DNA of 32,000 bases, from positions 540,001 to 572,000 of the forward strand of contig OY781871.1 of assembly GCA_963677105.1 (NCBI GenBank). Reading direction: 5' to 3'. This document shows, piece after piece, positions 14,399 to 22,551 of this stretch. The translations under genes were made by a program, and so were the position numbers. The notes under the pieces were generated by a model, which was given only the letters and a program-made list of their open reading frames with translations, ran no database searches and had not been told where the DNA came from. Each line of letters starts with the position of its first letter. Position 1 is the first letter of the stretch. The stretch is from Candidatus Saccharimonadota bacterium. Its GTDB lineage: Bacteria > Patescibacteriota > Gracilibacteria > UBA4473.

Positions 14399-17300
14399 TT
14401 AAAGACTCGTTAACTCCTTTTGTAATGTATCTAATTTGGTCTCAGCATCAGTGAGTTGTTGTTTCGTTTGGTTCACTAAATGCTCAGGAGCTTTATCGAT
14501 ATATGACTTATTAGTTAAACGTCCCTTCAGTCCACTAATTGATTTCTCGAGAGAAGCGATTTCAGCTTCTAAGCGTTTCTTTTCTGCCGTTGCATCAAAA
14601 GGAACTTCCACGAAAATCTCCATTCCGTTGATCAGTACCATTGCTGAACGTTCCGGCTTGGACGCCTTTTCTGTAATTTCAACATCGGACAGATTCGCCA
14701 ACACCTTCATCACCTCAACTGTTTTGTCCAAAGAATCCGCATTCTTACCTGCTGAAATTTTAACTGAAATCTTATCCTTCGGATTCAATTTCTTCTCCGC
14801 TCGAACCTTTCGGATTTCTGTCACAATTTCTTGCATGAGTGTAAAAATTCTTTTTGATTCAGTGTCTTTAAATTTTAAATCGGGGAAATTTTGTTCGATT
14901 AAAAATGAATTTTTTGGGTTTAATTCACTCCATAAGTTTTCTGTAATAAATGGAACAAGTGGATGTGCTAATTTTAGAATTTCCAGAAATACGCTATATA
15001 AAAATTTTGGATTTCTATCTATCTTTTGAGTCTCCAAAAACCAACTACAAAATTCATCCCACACGAAATGATAGATCTCATCTCCAGCGGAAGAAATTTC
15101 ATATTTTTCTAGTTTTTGCGAAACACTTGTAGAAACTTCGGAAAATCTATGTAGAAGCCATTTTTCTGAAAGAGAAGTAGGATTCTTTAATATTTTTTCA
15201 ACATCAAATTCAGAATCAACGTCTTCCAATTGCATTTGTACAAATCTTCCGGCATTCCACATTTTATTTACAAAGTTTCGGTATCCAGACACTTTCGCTT
15301 TTCCAAGTGGAATTGGATTTCCAGGAGTTGCTCCGATTACAAGAGAAAGACGAACAGCGTCCGCTCCCACTTCTTCAATTATTTCGAGCGGATCAATTCC
15401 ATTTCCTTTCGATTTCGACATTTTTTGTCCATTTTCATCACACACCAATCCATGCAAATACACCGTATGAAATGGATATTTTCCTGTTGCATATCGTCCG
15501 AACATAATCATTCGAGCCACCCAAAAGAAGATAATATCATGTCCCGTTTCGAGCACATCTGTTGGATAAAATTTCTCAAAATCAGGCGTTTTGTCAGGCC
15601 AACCAAGCGTTGAAAATGGCCACAATGCAGAGCTAAACCATGTATCGAGAGTATCTTTGTCTTGTTGTAAACCTTCTCCAACAGGATCAGCTAAAACCGT
15701 TAATGCACGAATTTCCCCCTTTTCCCATTTCCACTCAGAACGGAATCGCACAAATTTTTCTTCATCTTCACTTCGGCTAAAATGAAACAAGGCAGCGGTG
15801 AAATTTTTGTGTCCAATCACGAGAACATCGTCTTCTTTTTTTAATCGTTCAATTACGTTTTGAGCTCGCCGAGAAATATCAATTAAGTCCTCGTCTTCTG
15901 TTTTATCAAATTGAATTTCAAAAGGGCCTTCGCGATGCAAATTTGCTTTTCCAGCTAACTCTGAACTCGTGAATTCTGCCAACTCTGGCCACACCTCTAC
16001 AGGAACATTTAATTCGGCAGCAACGATTTCAGCGGTTTGATGTCCGCGTTTTAAATTAGAACAAATTATTTTCTTAATCCCTTTCTTTCGAATATTTTCA
16101 GCTATTTTGCGAGCATCTTGCAAACCATTATCCGTAAGAGGATAATCTCCCCCAAGAATTTTTTTTGCGTTCGCTTCACTTTCCCCGTGTCGAGCAAAGA
16201 GAATATTTTTTTCCACGGGCAGATGAATATTTTCATTTTTATCGTACCAAACGGGGATTCTGTGTCCCCACCAAATTTGTCGTGAAATACACCAATCTCT
16301 TAGATTATCAATCCATTGAAAATAGACCTTTTCAAAGCGCTGCGGAATAATTTTTATATGATTTTCACGAACCGCTTCTTGCATCTGTTTTTTGAGCGTT
16401 GTTTTTTTTCCTGTAAATTCGTCGATGAATTCTTTTTCCACAGAAATAAACCACTGAGGAGAAAGCATTGGTTCTACGATTGTTCCAGAACGATAGCATT
16501 TTGGAACACGATTTGGATGTGGTCGTTTTTCAAACAATAATCCCTTTTCTTCCAACAATTCTCCAGCTCGTTTTCGGGCTTCTTGAACAGGCATTCCGGC
16601 ACACGGTCCTGCAATATCGGTCATCGTTCCAGCAAAATCAATTTTCTGGATAAGTGGTAAATCTCGACGTTGTGCTAATTCAAAATCATCTGGAGAATGA
16701 GAAGCGGAAATAGTCATTGCTCCTGTTCCAAACGCTGGATCAATAATTTCATCAGCAATTACCCAAAATTTTCGCGGTCCCGCATATGTTTCTGCTGTGA
16801 ATTCTTGTCCGACAAGAGCTTCTCCAGGAACAACTTCTTGGATATTAAAATCTTTTCGTAATTCTGTGTGTGCGTCGTAGTATTTTTTTGTTACAATACA
16901 CTCTTTTCCTGTTGCATTTATAGCGCGTACATATTCAGCAGTTGGATGTACTACTACAGGAGAATCTGCACATTTTGTTTCAGTTCGAACAGTTCCAATT
17001 AAAAATGGACCACACCAAAACTCATAAAAATCTGCTATATTGTCGTCCCATTCTACTTCGTCATCAGCAAGTACAGATTGTGCGCCAACGGACCAATTTA
17101 TCATTCGATGACCACGAACAATAAGTCCGTCTTCATAGAGTTTTTTAAATACCCAATTTACCGCAAAGTTTCTTTCAGAATCAAATGTATAGGCTTCTCG
17201 AGACCAATCGAGATGTGCGCCCATTTTTTTTATTTGATGAGTAATTCGATCATGTTTTTCTCCTGCAAATTTTCTACATTCAGATAAAAAATCTTCTCGA

Positions 17301-17608
17301 TCCATTTCTTCTCGCGTCTTCAATCCCAAATGTTTTAATACGACATTTTCGGTTGCAATTGCTGCATGGTCTGTTCCTGGTAACCAAAGCGTTTCGTGTC
17401 CCGTCATTTTTTTATAACGGATCAAAATATCTTCTACAGCTAGCATTGCAGCGTGACCAAGATGTAATTGCCCAGTTACATTCGGTGGAGGAAGAGGAAT
17501 TGTGTACGGCTTTTTGTTGGAAGAAACATCAGCGGTCATCACATCTGTTTTTTCCCATTTTGCATAAATTGCATCTTCTGAGCCGTTATGATCATAATTT
17601 TTTTGCAT
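14399..17608 (-). CDS. valS: valine--tRNA ligase carrying an internal histidine-phosphatase domain (1069 aa from ATG 17608)
   Basis: ValRS blocks: PNVTGQLHLGH (HIGH), TVRTET (TTRPET-like, CP1), FGTGAMTISASHSPDDF, WCISRQIWWGHRIPVWY, DTLDTWFSSALWPFSTLGWP, KMSKS, and a C-terminal coiled coil. With the start at ATG 17608, MQKNYDHNGSEDAIYAKWEK aligns residue-for-residue with the E. coli ValRS N-terminus as I remember it. The track start at 17623 is a GTG. Confidence 0.9.
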   Translation of the reverse strand: MQKNYDHNGSEDAIYAKWEKTDVMTADVSSNKKPYTIPLPPPNVTGQLHLGHAAMLAVEDILIRYKKMTGHETLWLPGTDHAAIATENVVLKHLGLKTREEMDREDFLSECRKFAGEKHDRITHQIKKMGAHLDWSREAYTFDSERNFAVNWVFKKLYEDGLIVRGHRMINWSVGAQSVLADDEVEWDDNIADFYEFWCGPFLIGTVRTETKCADSPVVVHPTAEYVRAINATGKECIVTKKYYDAHTELRKDFNIQEVVPGEALVGQEFTAETYAGPRKFWVIADEIIDPAFGTGAMTISASHSPDDFELAQRRDLPLIQKIDFAGTMTDIAGPCAGMPVQEARKRAGELLEEKGLLFEKRPHPNRVPKCYRSGTIVEPMLSPQWFISVEKEFIDEFTGKKTTLKKQMQEAVRENHIKIIPQRFEKVYFQWIDNLRDWCISRQIWWGHRIPVWYDKNENIHLPVEKNILFARHGESEANAKKILGGDYPLTDNGLQDARKIAENIRKKGIKKIICSNLKRGHQTAEIVAAELNVPVEVWPELAEFTSSELAGKANLHREGPFEIQFDKTEDEDLIDISRRAQNVIERLKKEDDVLVIGHKNFTAALFHFSRSEDEEKFVRFRSEWKWEKGEIRALTVLADPVGEGLQQDKDTLDTWFSSALWPFSTLGWPDKTPDFEKFYPTDVLETGHDIIFFWVARMIMFGRYATGKYPFHTVYLHGLVCDENGQKMSKSKGNGIDPLEIIEEVGADAVRLSLVIGATPGNPIPLGKAKVSGYRNFVNKMWNAGRFVQMQLEDVDSEFDVEKILKNPTSLSEKWLLHRFSEVSTSVSQKLEKYEISSAGDEIYHFVWDEFCSWFLETQKIDRNPKFLYSVFLEILKLAHPLVPFITENLWSELNPKNSFLIEQNFPDLKFKDTESKRIFTLMQEIVTEIRKVRAEKKLNPKDKISVKISAGKNADSLDKTVEVMKVLANLSDVEITEKASKPERSAMVLINGMEIFVEVPFDATAEKKRLEAEIASLEKSISGLKGRLTNKSYIDKAPEHLVNQTKQQLTDAETKLDTLQKELTSL
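15671..16204 (-). other. in-frame insertion of about 178 aa encoding a histidine-phosphatase (PGAM-branch) domain within valS
   Basis: ILFARHGESEAN (RHG motif), LTDNGLQDARKIA, IICSNLKRGHQTAEIV, PELAEFTSSELAGK, DVLVIGHKNFTAALF. Flanked by WWGHRIPVWYDKNENIHLPVEKN and LQQDKDTLDTWFSS. Confidence 0.7.
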
Positions 17609-17634
17609 TTCAGCGTGGTACACAAATCACGCAA

Positions 17635-17662
17635 AGTGTAGCGGATTTTCAGGGGTTTTCAA
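17635..17662 (-). promoter_or_regulatory. candidate valS-hslR promoter
   Basis: Minus strand: TTGAAA (17662-17657), 16 nt spacer, TACACT (17640-17635), 26 nt upstream of ATG 17608. No SD. Confidence 0.35.
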
Positions 17663-17677
17663 TGATAAATACAAAAA

Positions 17678-18739
17678 TCAATCCTTCTTTAAGTAGATTG
17701 TGCGAGTTGGGAATGCCATTTCGATTTTCTCAGCTTCAAATCGCTCCAAAATCCCGAGGTTTACCGTTTCCTGAGTATCCATATGGTCCATTTTTTCTCC
17801 GGTTAAAACACGGTAAATAACGATAAATCCAAGACTTGAATCATCAAACGAATGAAAATGTGCTCGTACAAATTCCGCTAATTCAATTTTTTCTATTACT
17901 TCTTCAACGATTTTTGGAATGAGTTTTAATTTCCTTGAAGGGGTGTTATATGTCACCCCGAATTTAAATTCTACACGACGGGTTTTTAATTTTTTAAAGT
18001 TTTGTACGCGAGATTCTGTAAGTTCTTTATTCGAAATTACCAACTCTTCTCCGCGGAGCGCTTTTATTCGGGTTGTTTTTAATCCAATCTTTTCTACAGT
18101 TCCTTCATGCGCTCCAATTACAATATAGTCTCCAACTTGAAACGGTTTATCAAAATAGATGGTAAAGCTTGAGAATAAATCACTCAAAATATTCTGTGCC
18201 GCAAGAGCAATTGCAATACCTCCAATTCCAAGAGACGCTGCAAGAGTGGAAATATCAAATCCCAGATTATCGAGTACAACTAGTGCGCCGAGTGCCCAGA
18301 GCGCAATATTGGCGACGAGTTTTACCCCTTGCAAAGAGGTTTTATTCTTTCCAATACTGGATCGCTTGAGGCCCCAATACATGACCGCTTGTCCAATTTT
18401 CAAAATCTCATATGCAAGCGAAATAATAAAGGCAGATTGGATAAGATGTTCAATCTTTGGCTGAAGAACAACAAAAAATTCAACAGAAATAAAGAGAGCA
18501 AACAGGAGAAAGAAAATATTTGAAATCTTTTGTGCTACGGAAAGAGCAATATCATCCCATTGAGACGAAGTTTTTTCAGTAAGTGTGGTGAATCTTCGAA
18601 GAAAGATATTTCGAAATATTTTAATTCCTAATAAAATAGCAAAAAATACGATTAGAGCCGTGGAAAATTGCCCCAATGTATTTCCAGATAGTTGATAACT
18701 CCAAAATGTTGTTAGCCAGTCCGGGAAATATTTTTCCAT
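17678..18739 (-). CDS. mechanosensitive ion channel family protein (MscS-like), 353 aa
   Basis: N-terminal TM helices followed by the conserved MscS pore/beta-domain block IALAAQNILSDLFSSFTIYFDKPFQVGDYIVIGAHEGTVEKIGLKTTRIKALRGEELVISNKEL. Confidence 0.85.
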   Translation of the reverse strand: MEKYFPDWLTTFWSYQLSGNTLGQFSTALIVFFAILLGIKIFRNIFLRRFTTLTEKTSSQWDDIALSVAQKISNIFFLLFALFISVEFFVVLQPKIEHLIQSAFIISLAYEILKIGQAVMYWGLKRSSIGKNKTSLQGVKLVANIALWALGALVVLDNLGFDISTLAASLGIGGIAIALAAQNILSDLFSSFTIYFDKPFQVGDYIVIGAHEGTVEKIGLKTTRIKALRGEELVISNKELTESRVQNFKKLKTRRVEFKFGVTYNTPSRKLKLIPKIVEEVIEKIELAEFVRAHFHSFDDSSLGFIVIYRVLTGEKMDHMDTQETVNLGILERFEAEKIEMAFPTRTIYLKKD

Positions 18740-18850
18740 TTTTTAGAAAAGTTTTTACAATGTCTTTGAAATCACGAAAAGTGTAAAAGCTTAAGGGGTT
18801 AAAAGCAAAAAAGATTCCTCTTTTGAAACAGAATTTAATCATTACTTACT

Positions 18851-19780
18851 ATGCAACACGAAAAGCTCGTTATCATCGGTTCAGGTCCAGCAGGTTTCAC
18901 GGCGGCAATTTATGCTGCTCGAGCAGACTTAAACCCACTAGTTCTTGAAGGAAAGCAGCCAGGGGGACAGCTCATGGGAACGACAGAAATCGAGAATTGG
19001 CCAGGTGCGACAGAAGGATTGACTGGGCCGAAACTCATGAGCGATCTTCGAGAGCAAGCGAAGAAATTTGGTGCGAGAACAGAATTTAAATATGTAGAGA
19101 GAGTAGATTTCAGTAATTCAGACAAGTTACATTTATGGATTGGTGAGGAAGAAATTACAGCGGATTCTGTTATTATCGCCACGGGAGCAAGTGCTCGTTG
19201 GTTAAATTTAGGGAAAGGAGAAGAGCGGTATTGGGGAAAGGGATATTCTGCGTGTGCAACGTGTGATGGAGCATTCTTTCGAGGGAAAACAGTTGCCGTT
19301 GTTGGCGGTGGAGATTCTGCGTGTGAAGAGGCGATGTTTTTAACGAAATTTGCTGAAAAAGTATATCAACTTGTACGACGAGATGAAATGAGAGCAAGCA
19401 AGCCAATGCAACAACGAGTGCTTGATAATCCAAAGATTGAAGTAATTTGGAACACTGCACCAAGCAATTTAAAAGGAGAAAAAATTCTTGAAAGTGTTGA
19501 GCTTACGGACACGCAAACACAAGAAAAACAAGACTTAAAAATAGATGGGTTATTTGTCGCGATTGGACACACGCCAAACACAGGATTCTTGGGAGAAAGT
19601 GTAGAATTGGATCGAGGATTTATAAAAGTTACAGATCATACAAAAACAAACGTAAAAAGTGTTTTTGTGGCAGGAGATGTTGCAGATCCACATTATCAAC
19701 AAGCAGTTGTTGCTGCAGGAAGTGGATGTAAAGCGGCGCTTGACGCAGAAGATTATTTGTCTCGTCTTTCTCGATACTGA
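18851..19780 (+). CDS. trxB: thioredoxin-disulfide reductase (309 aa)
   Basis: VIIGSGPAGFTAAIYAAR (FAD), redox-active CATCDG, VVGGGDSACEEA (NADPH), GHTPNT, VFVAGDVAD. Confidence 0.9.
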   Translation: MQHEKLVIIGSGPAGFTAAIYAARADLNPLVLEGKQPGGQLMGTTEIENWPGATEGLTGPKLMSDLREQAKKFGARTEFKYVERVDFSNSDKLHLWIGEEEITADSVIIATGASARWLNLGKGEERYWGKGYSACATCDGAFFRGKTVAVVGGGDSACEEAMFLTKFAEKVYQLVRRDEMRASKPMQQRVLDNPKIEVIWNTAPSNLKGEKILESVELTDTQTQEKQDLKIDGLFVAIGHTPNTGFLGESVELDRGFIKVTDHTKTNVKSVFVAGDVADPHYQQAVVAAGSGCKAALDAEDYLSRLSRY

Positions 19781-21279
19781 ATCGCTTCTGCTACATGAGT
19801 AAGTGTTATGTTTTTCTCATTTGCTAGATCAGCAATAGTTCTGGCAAGTTTCAATATTCGATAATAAGCGCGTCCAGAGAGATTCATTTGTGCCGCAGCA
19901 GAACGAAGCAACTCTTTTGTCGCATCATCAATGACGCAGTATTTTTTCACAAGAGGAGAAGACATTTCAGCATTTGTTTTTATTCGTTCGTTTTGGAGTC
20001 GATTGTTTTGTAAATCACGAGCTGCTTGAACTCGTTTTCGAACTGTTTCGGAATTTTCTCCAACGGAAAGTCCAGAAAGTTTTTCAAATGGAATTCGTGG
20101 AACTTGAATATGTAGATCAATTCGATCGAGAAACGGTCCAGATAATTTACTTCGATATCGCATTATATTGTGTGGTGGACAAGTACAGTCTTTTTCAGTG
20201 TCTCCCAAAAATCCACAAGGGCAAGGATTCATAGCAGCAATTAAAATTATTTGCGCAGGAAATGTGCAACTTCCAGAGCTTCGAGAAACGGTAACGACGC
20301 CGTTTTCAAGTGGCTGACGAAGGGTTTCCAGTGTTTTAGGATTAAATTCTGGAAGTTCATCGAGAAATAAAACTCCGCGATGAGAAAGGGAAATTTCTCC
20401 GGGTCGTGGAGGATTTCCCCCTCCGACAATTGCTACGCCAGAAGCAGTGTGATGAACGGATCGAAACGGTCGTTGCAAGGCGATTGGTTTTTTCCCATCA
20501 ATAAGTCCAGCAATAGAATGGAGTTTTGTAATTTCCAACGCCTCAGAAACAGTAAGTCGAGGAAGAATAGTTGAAAATGCCTGTGCGAGCATTGTTTTTC
20601 CTGATCCTGGTGGACCAGACATGAGAATATTATGTCCTCCAGCAGCAGCAATTTCGAGGGCACGTTTTGCGTGTTCGTTTCCTCGAATATGAGAAAAATC
20701 GTAATCGCTTCGCGGAGACAATTGACGTTCATCAAGTCCAGGAGATGACATTGGTTCAATTTCTTTTATTCCTCGTAAATGGTCACATATTTCTCGCAAT
20801 GAGTTCGATCCTCGAACGGTTATATTTTCAATAAGAGCCGCTTCAGAGGCATTTTCAATTGGGCAAAAAAATTCTTTAAATCCATTTATTGCTGCCCCAG
20901 AAGCAGTTGGTAAAATTCCAGGAATAGGTCGTAACTCTCCGCCAAATCCTAATTCTCCCAAGAACACAATATTGGAAATATTTTTCGGTAAATGAATTTC
21001 TCCGGCAGCATGGAGAATTCCTAATGCAATTGGAACATCAAACCGTGGACCATATTTTTTCAAATCTGCTGGAGCCAAATTTACAGAAATTTGAATTCCA
21101 GGAAAACTAAAACCGGAATTTTTGATGGCAGCTTTTACGCGTTCTCTTGCTTCTTGTACAGCAGTATCACCGAGACCAACAATTGAAAATTTTGCCATTC
21201 CACGATGAAGATCTACTTCAATAGAAACTTCTTCGGCATCTAATCCAAGAAGAGTGAGCGTTTTTAGTCTTGCAAGCAT
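19753..21279 (-). CDS. comM: YifB/ComM-family Mg-chelatase-like AAA+ ATPase (508 aa from ATG 21279)
   Basis: N-terminal Lon-like domain (MLARLKTLTLLGLDAEEVSIEVDL). Walker A MSGPPGSGKTMLA. Walker B GVLFLDELPEF. Cys cluster NPCPCGFLGDTEKDCTC. C-terminal ChlI_C helix bundle. The track start at 21315 is a TTG that forms a -35 box. The 3' end overlaps trxB by 28 nt. Confidence 0.85.
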   Translation of the reverse strand: MLARLKTLTLLGLDAEEVSIEVDLHRGMAKFSIVGLGDTAVQEARERVKAAIKNSGFSFPGIQISVNLAPADLKKYGPRFDVPIALGILHAAGEIHLPKNISNIVFLGELGFGGELRPIPGILPTASGAAINGFKEFFCPIENASEAALIENITVRGSNSLREICDHLRGIKEIEPMSSPGLDERQLSPRSDYDFSHIRGNEHAKRALEIAAAGGHNILMSGPPGSGKTMLAQAFSTILPRLTVSEALEITKLHSIAGLIDGKKPIALQRPFRSVHHTASGVAIVGGGNPPRPGEISLSHRGVLFLDELPEFNPKTLETLRQPLENGVVTVSRSSGSCTFPAQIILIAAMNPCPCGFLGDTEKDCTCPPHNIMRYRSKLSGPFLDRIDLHIQVPRIPFEKLSGLSVGENSETVRKRVQAARDLQNNRLQNERIKTNAEMSSPLVKKYCVIDDATKELLRSAAAQMNLSGRAYYRILKLARTIADLANEKNITLTHVAEAIQYRERRDK

Positions 21280-21287
21280 CGAGTTAG

Positions 21288-21315
21288 ATAGTGGCGTGCT
21301 TTTAGAAAAAATCAA
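21288..21315 (-). promoter_or_regulatory. candidate comM promoter
   Basis: Minus strand: TTGATT (21315-21310), 16 nt spacer, CACTAT (21293-21288), then 8 nt to ATG 21279. Confidence 0.3.
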
Positions 21316-21384
21316 TTTCTAGTATTCATGAAAATTTCATGTCGGTACGAACAGGTGGAGAGAATGGAAATTGTACTGATTGGG

Positions 21385-21413
21385 TTTATAAATTCTCAAA
21401 ACTCAGCTAGAAT
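21385..21413 (+). promoter_or_regulatory. candidate pgi promoter
   Basis: TTTATA (21385-21390), 17 nt spacer, TAGAAT (21408-21413), then 7 nt to ATG 21421. Confidence 0.3.
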
Positions 21414-21420
21414 CTTTGTG

Positions 21421-22551
21421 ATGAAATTCGATTTTTCTCAGATCGGTGTCCCGCAGGAAGATTTATTTGGTACAAAAGAAGAATTGGAAAGTATGCTGGA
21501 AAGTTTTCATAAAAAGAAACAAGGATTTTTGAAATCACTGAACGATGACCTGACAGAAGTCCTTCGCTTTGCGGAGGACAATCGAGATAAATACGAAAAA
21601 ATTGTGGTATTAGGAATTGGAGGAAGTGCGCTTGGAGCGAGAATGATCGCGGATTATTTCGATAACGAAAAGTTGCTTGTGCTTGACACATTGGATCCAC
21701 ATGCTGTTGAAAAAATATTAAAAAGTATCCCATTGGCAAAGACGCTTTGGATTGTTGTTTCGAAGTCCGGAACAACACTTGAAACAATGACTTTGCGTGA
21801 TATGCTCAAACCAGGAATTCCTCAAGGGAATTGGGTTATTATTTCTGAAAAAGATAGTGAATTGTGGAAATGGTCGCAGGAAATAAATTGTCCAGCATTT
21901 GAGATGCCGAAAAGTGTAGGAGGAAGATTTTCAGTGCTTACAACAATTGGAATGATTCCAGCAGCATTAGCGGGATTACCAGTGGAAAAAATAATTTCTG
22001 GAGCAAAAAAAATGAGTCAACATTCTTTAAGCGAGAATGTTGATGAAAATTATGCATGGCAATTAGCAAGCGTCATTGAAACATTTGGAAGAGAAAAAAT
22101 AGTTCATTGGGCGTATTGCTCAGCGTTGAAAACGTTTGGAGATTGGTGGACACAATTGGTAGCAGAATCTTTGGGAAAAAATGATACAGGAGTTACTCCA
22201 ATTGCAGCAATTGGACCGACAGATCAACATTCATTATTACAACTTGTAACAGAGGGAGATGATAATTTTTTCAATATTTTTGTGCGAGATGCTTCGATTG
22301 AGAGATCTCCTTTGGGGAAAATAATGAACGTAGAACTTCGTGCAACAGCACAATCGCTTTCAGAACTCGGTCGTCCGAGTTGTATTCTCGATATTAAAAA
22401 TCGAAACGCGAGCACATTGGGACAACTTATTATTTTATGGGAAATGACAACAGCGTTTCTTGGAGAGTTGCGCGGAATTAACGCATTTAATCAACCAGGA
22501 GTTGATCGTGGGAAAGCTTTGACGCAAGAGTTTTTAGCAGAAAAAGAATGA
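21421..22551 (+). CDS. pgi: glucose-6-phosphate isomerase, short type (376 aa from ATG 21421)
   Basis: PGI/SIS signatures: VVLGIGGSALG, VSKSGTTLET, VGGRFSVLT, PTDQHSLLQL. Confidence 0.8.
   Translation: MKFDFSQIGVPQEDLFGTKEELESMLESFHKKKQGFLKSLNDDLTEVLRFAEDNRDKYEKIVVLGIGGSALGARMIADYFDNEKLLVLDTLDPHAVEKILKSIPLAKTLWIVVSKSGTTLETMTLRDMLKPGIPQGNWVIISEKDSELWKWSQEINCPAFEMPKSVGGRFSVLTTIGMIPAALAGLPVEKIISGAKKMSQHSLSENVDENYAWQLASVIETFGREKIVHWAYCSALKTFGDWWTQLVAESLGKNDTGVTPIAAIGPTDQHSLLQLVTEGDDNFFNIFVRDASIERSPLGKIMNVELRATAQSLSELGRPSCILDIKNRNASTLGQLIILWEMTTAFLGELRGINAFNQPGVDRGKALTQEFLAEKE

Noticed and set aside
14027-14413. 128-aa ORF on the plus strand, the exact mirror of the S4-domain gene
   Set aside because: It is a shadow ORF. 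Its translation is low-complexity (S/F/L/R-rich) with no recognisable motif, whereas the minus frame carries the Hsp15/S4 signature.
15671-16204. ValRS insertion as an intein or a mobile-element remnant
   Set aside because: There is no Cys/Ser/Thr at the N-junction, no terminal HN, and no Hint or homing-endonuclease blocks. The segment reads as a histidine-phosphatase domain instead.
16664-16729. Apparent loss of the ValRS CP1 editing motif (TPAHD reads SASHS)
   Set aside because: On closer comparison the universally conserved editing Asp is the one preceding the aromatic residue (..PDDY/..NDY). Here PDDF retains it, so there is no evidence that editing is lost.
17609-17677. T-box, riboswitch or attenuator leaders upstream of the aaRS genes (valS, hisS, pheT)
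   Set aside because: The available upstream space is 7-70 nt and contains only promoter-like hexamers. There is no specifier-loop or antiterminator architecture.
14436-17820. Series of plus-strand ORFs of 60-197 aa (for example 14436-15029, 15230-15613, 16316-16540, 17353-17820) inside or antisense to valS and mscS
   Set aside because: All lie antisense to strongly supported genes. They have biased, repetitive composition and no start-site signals, which is typical of antisense open frames in AT-rich DNA.
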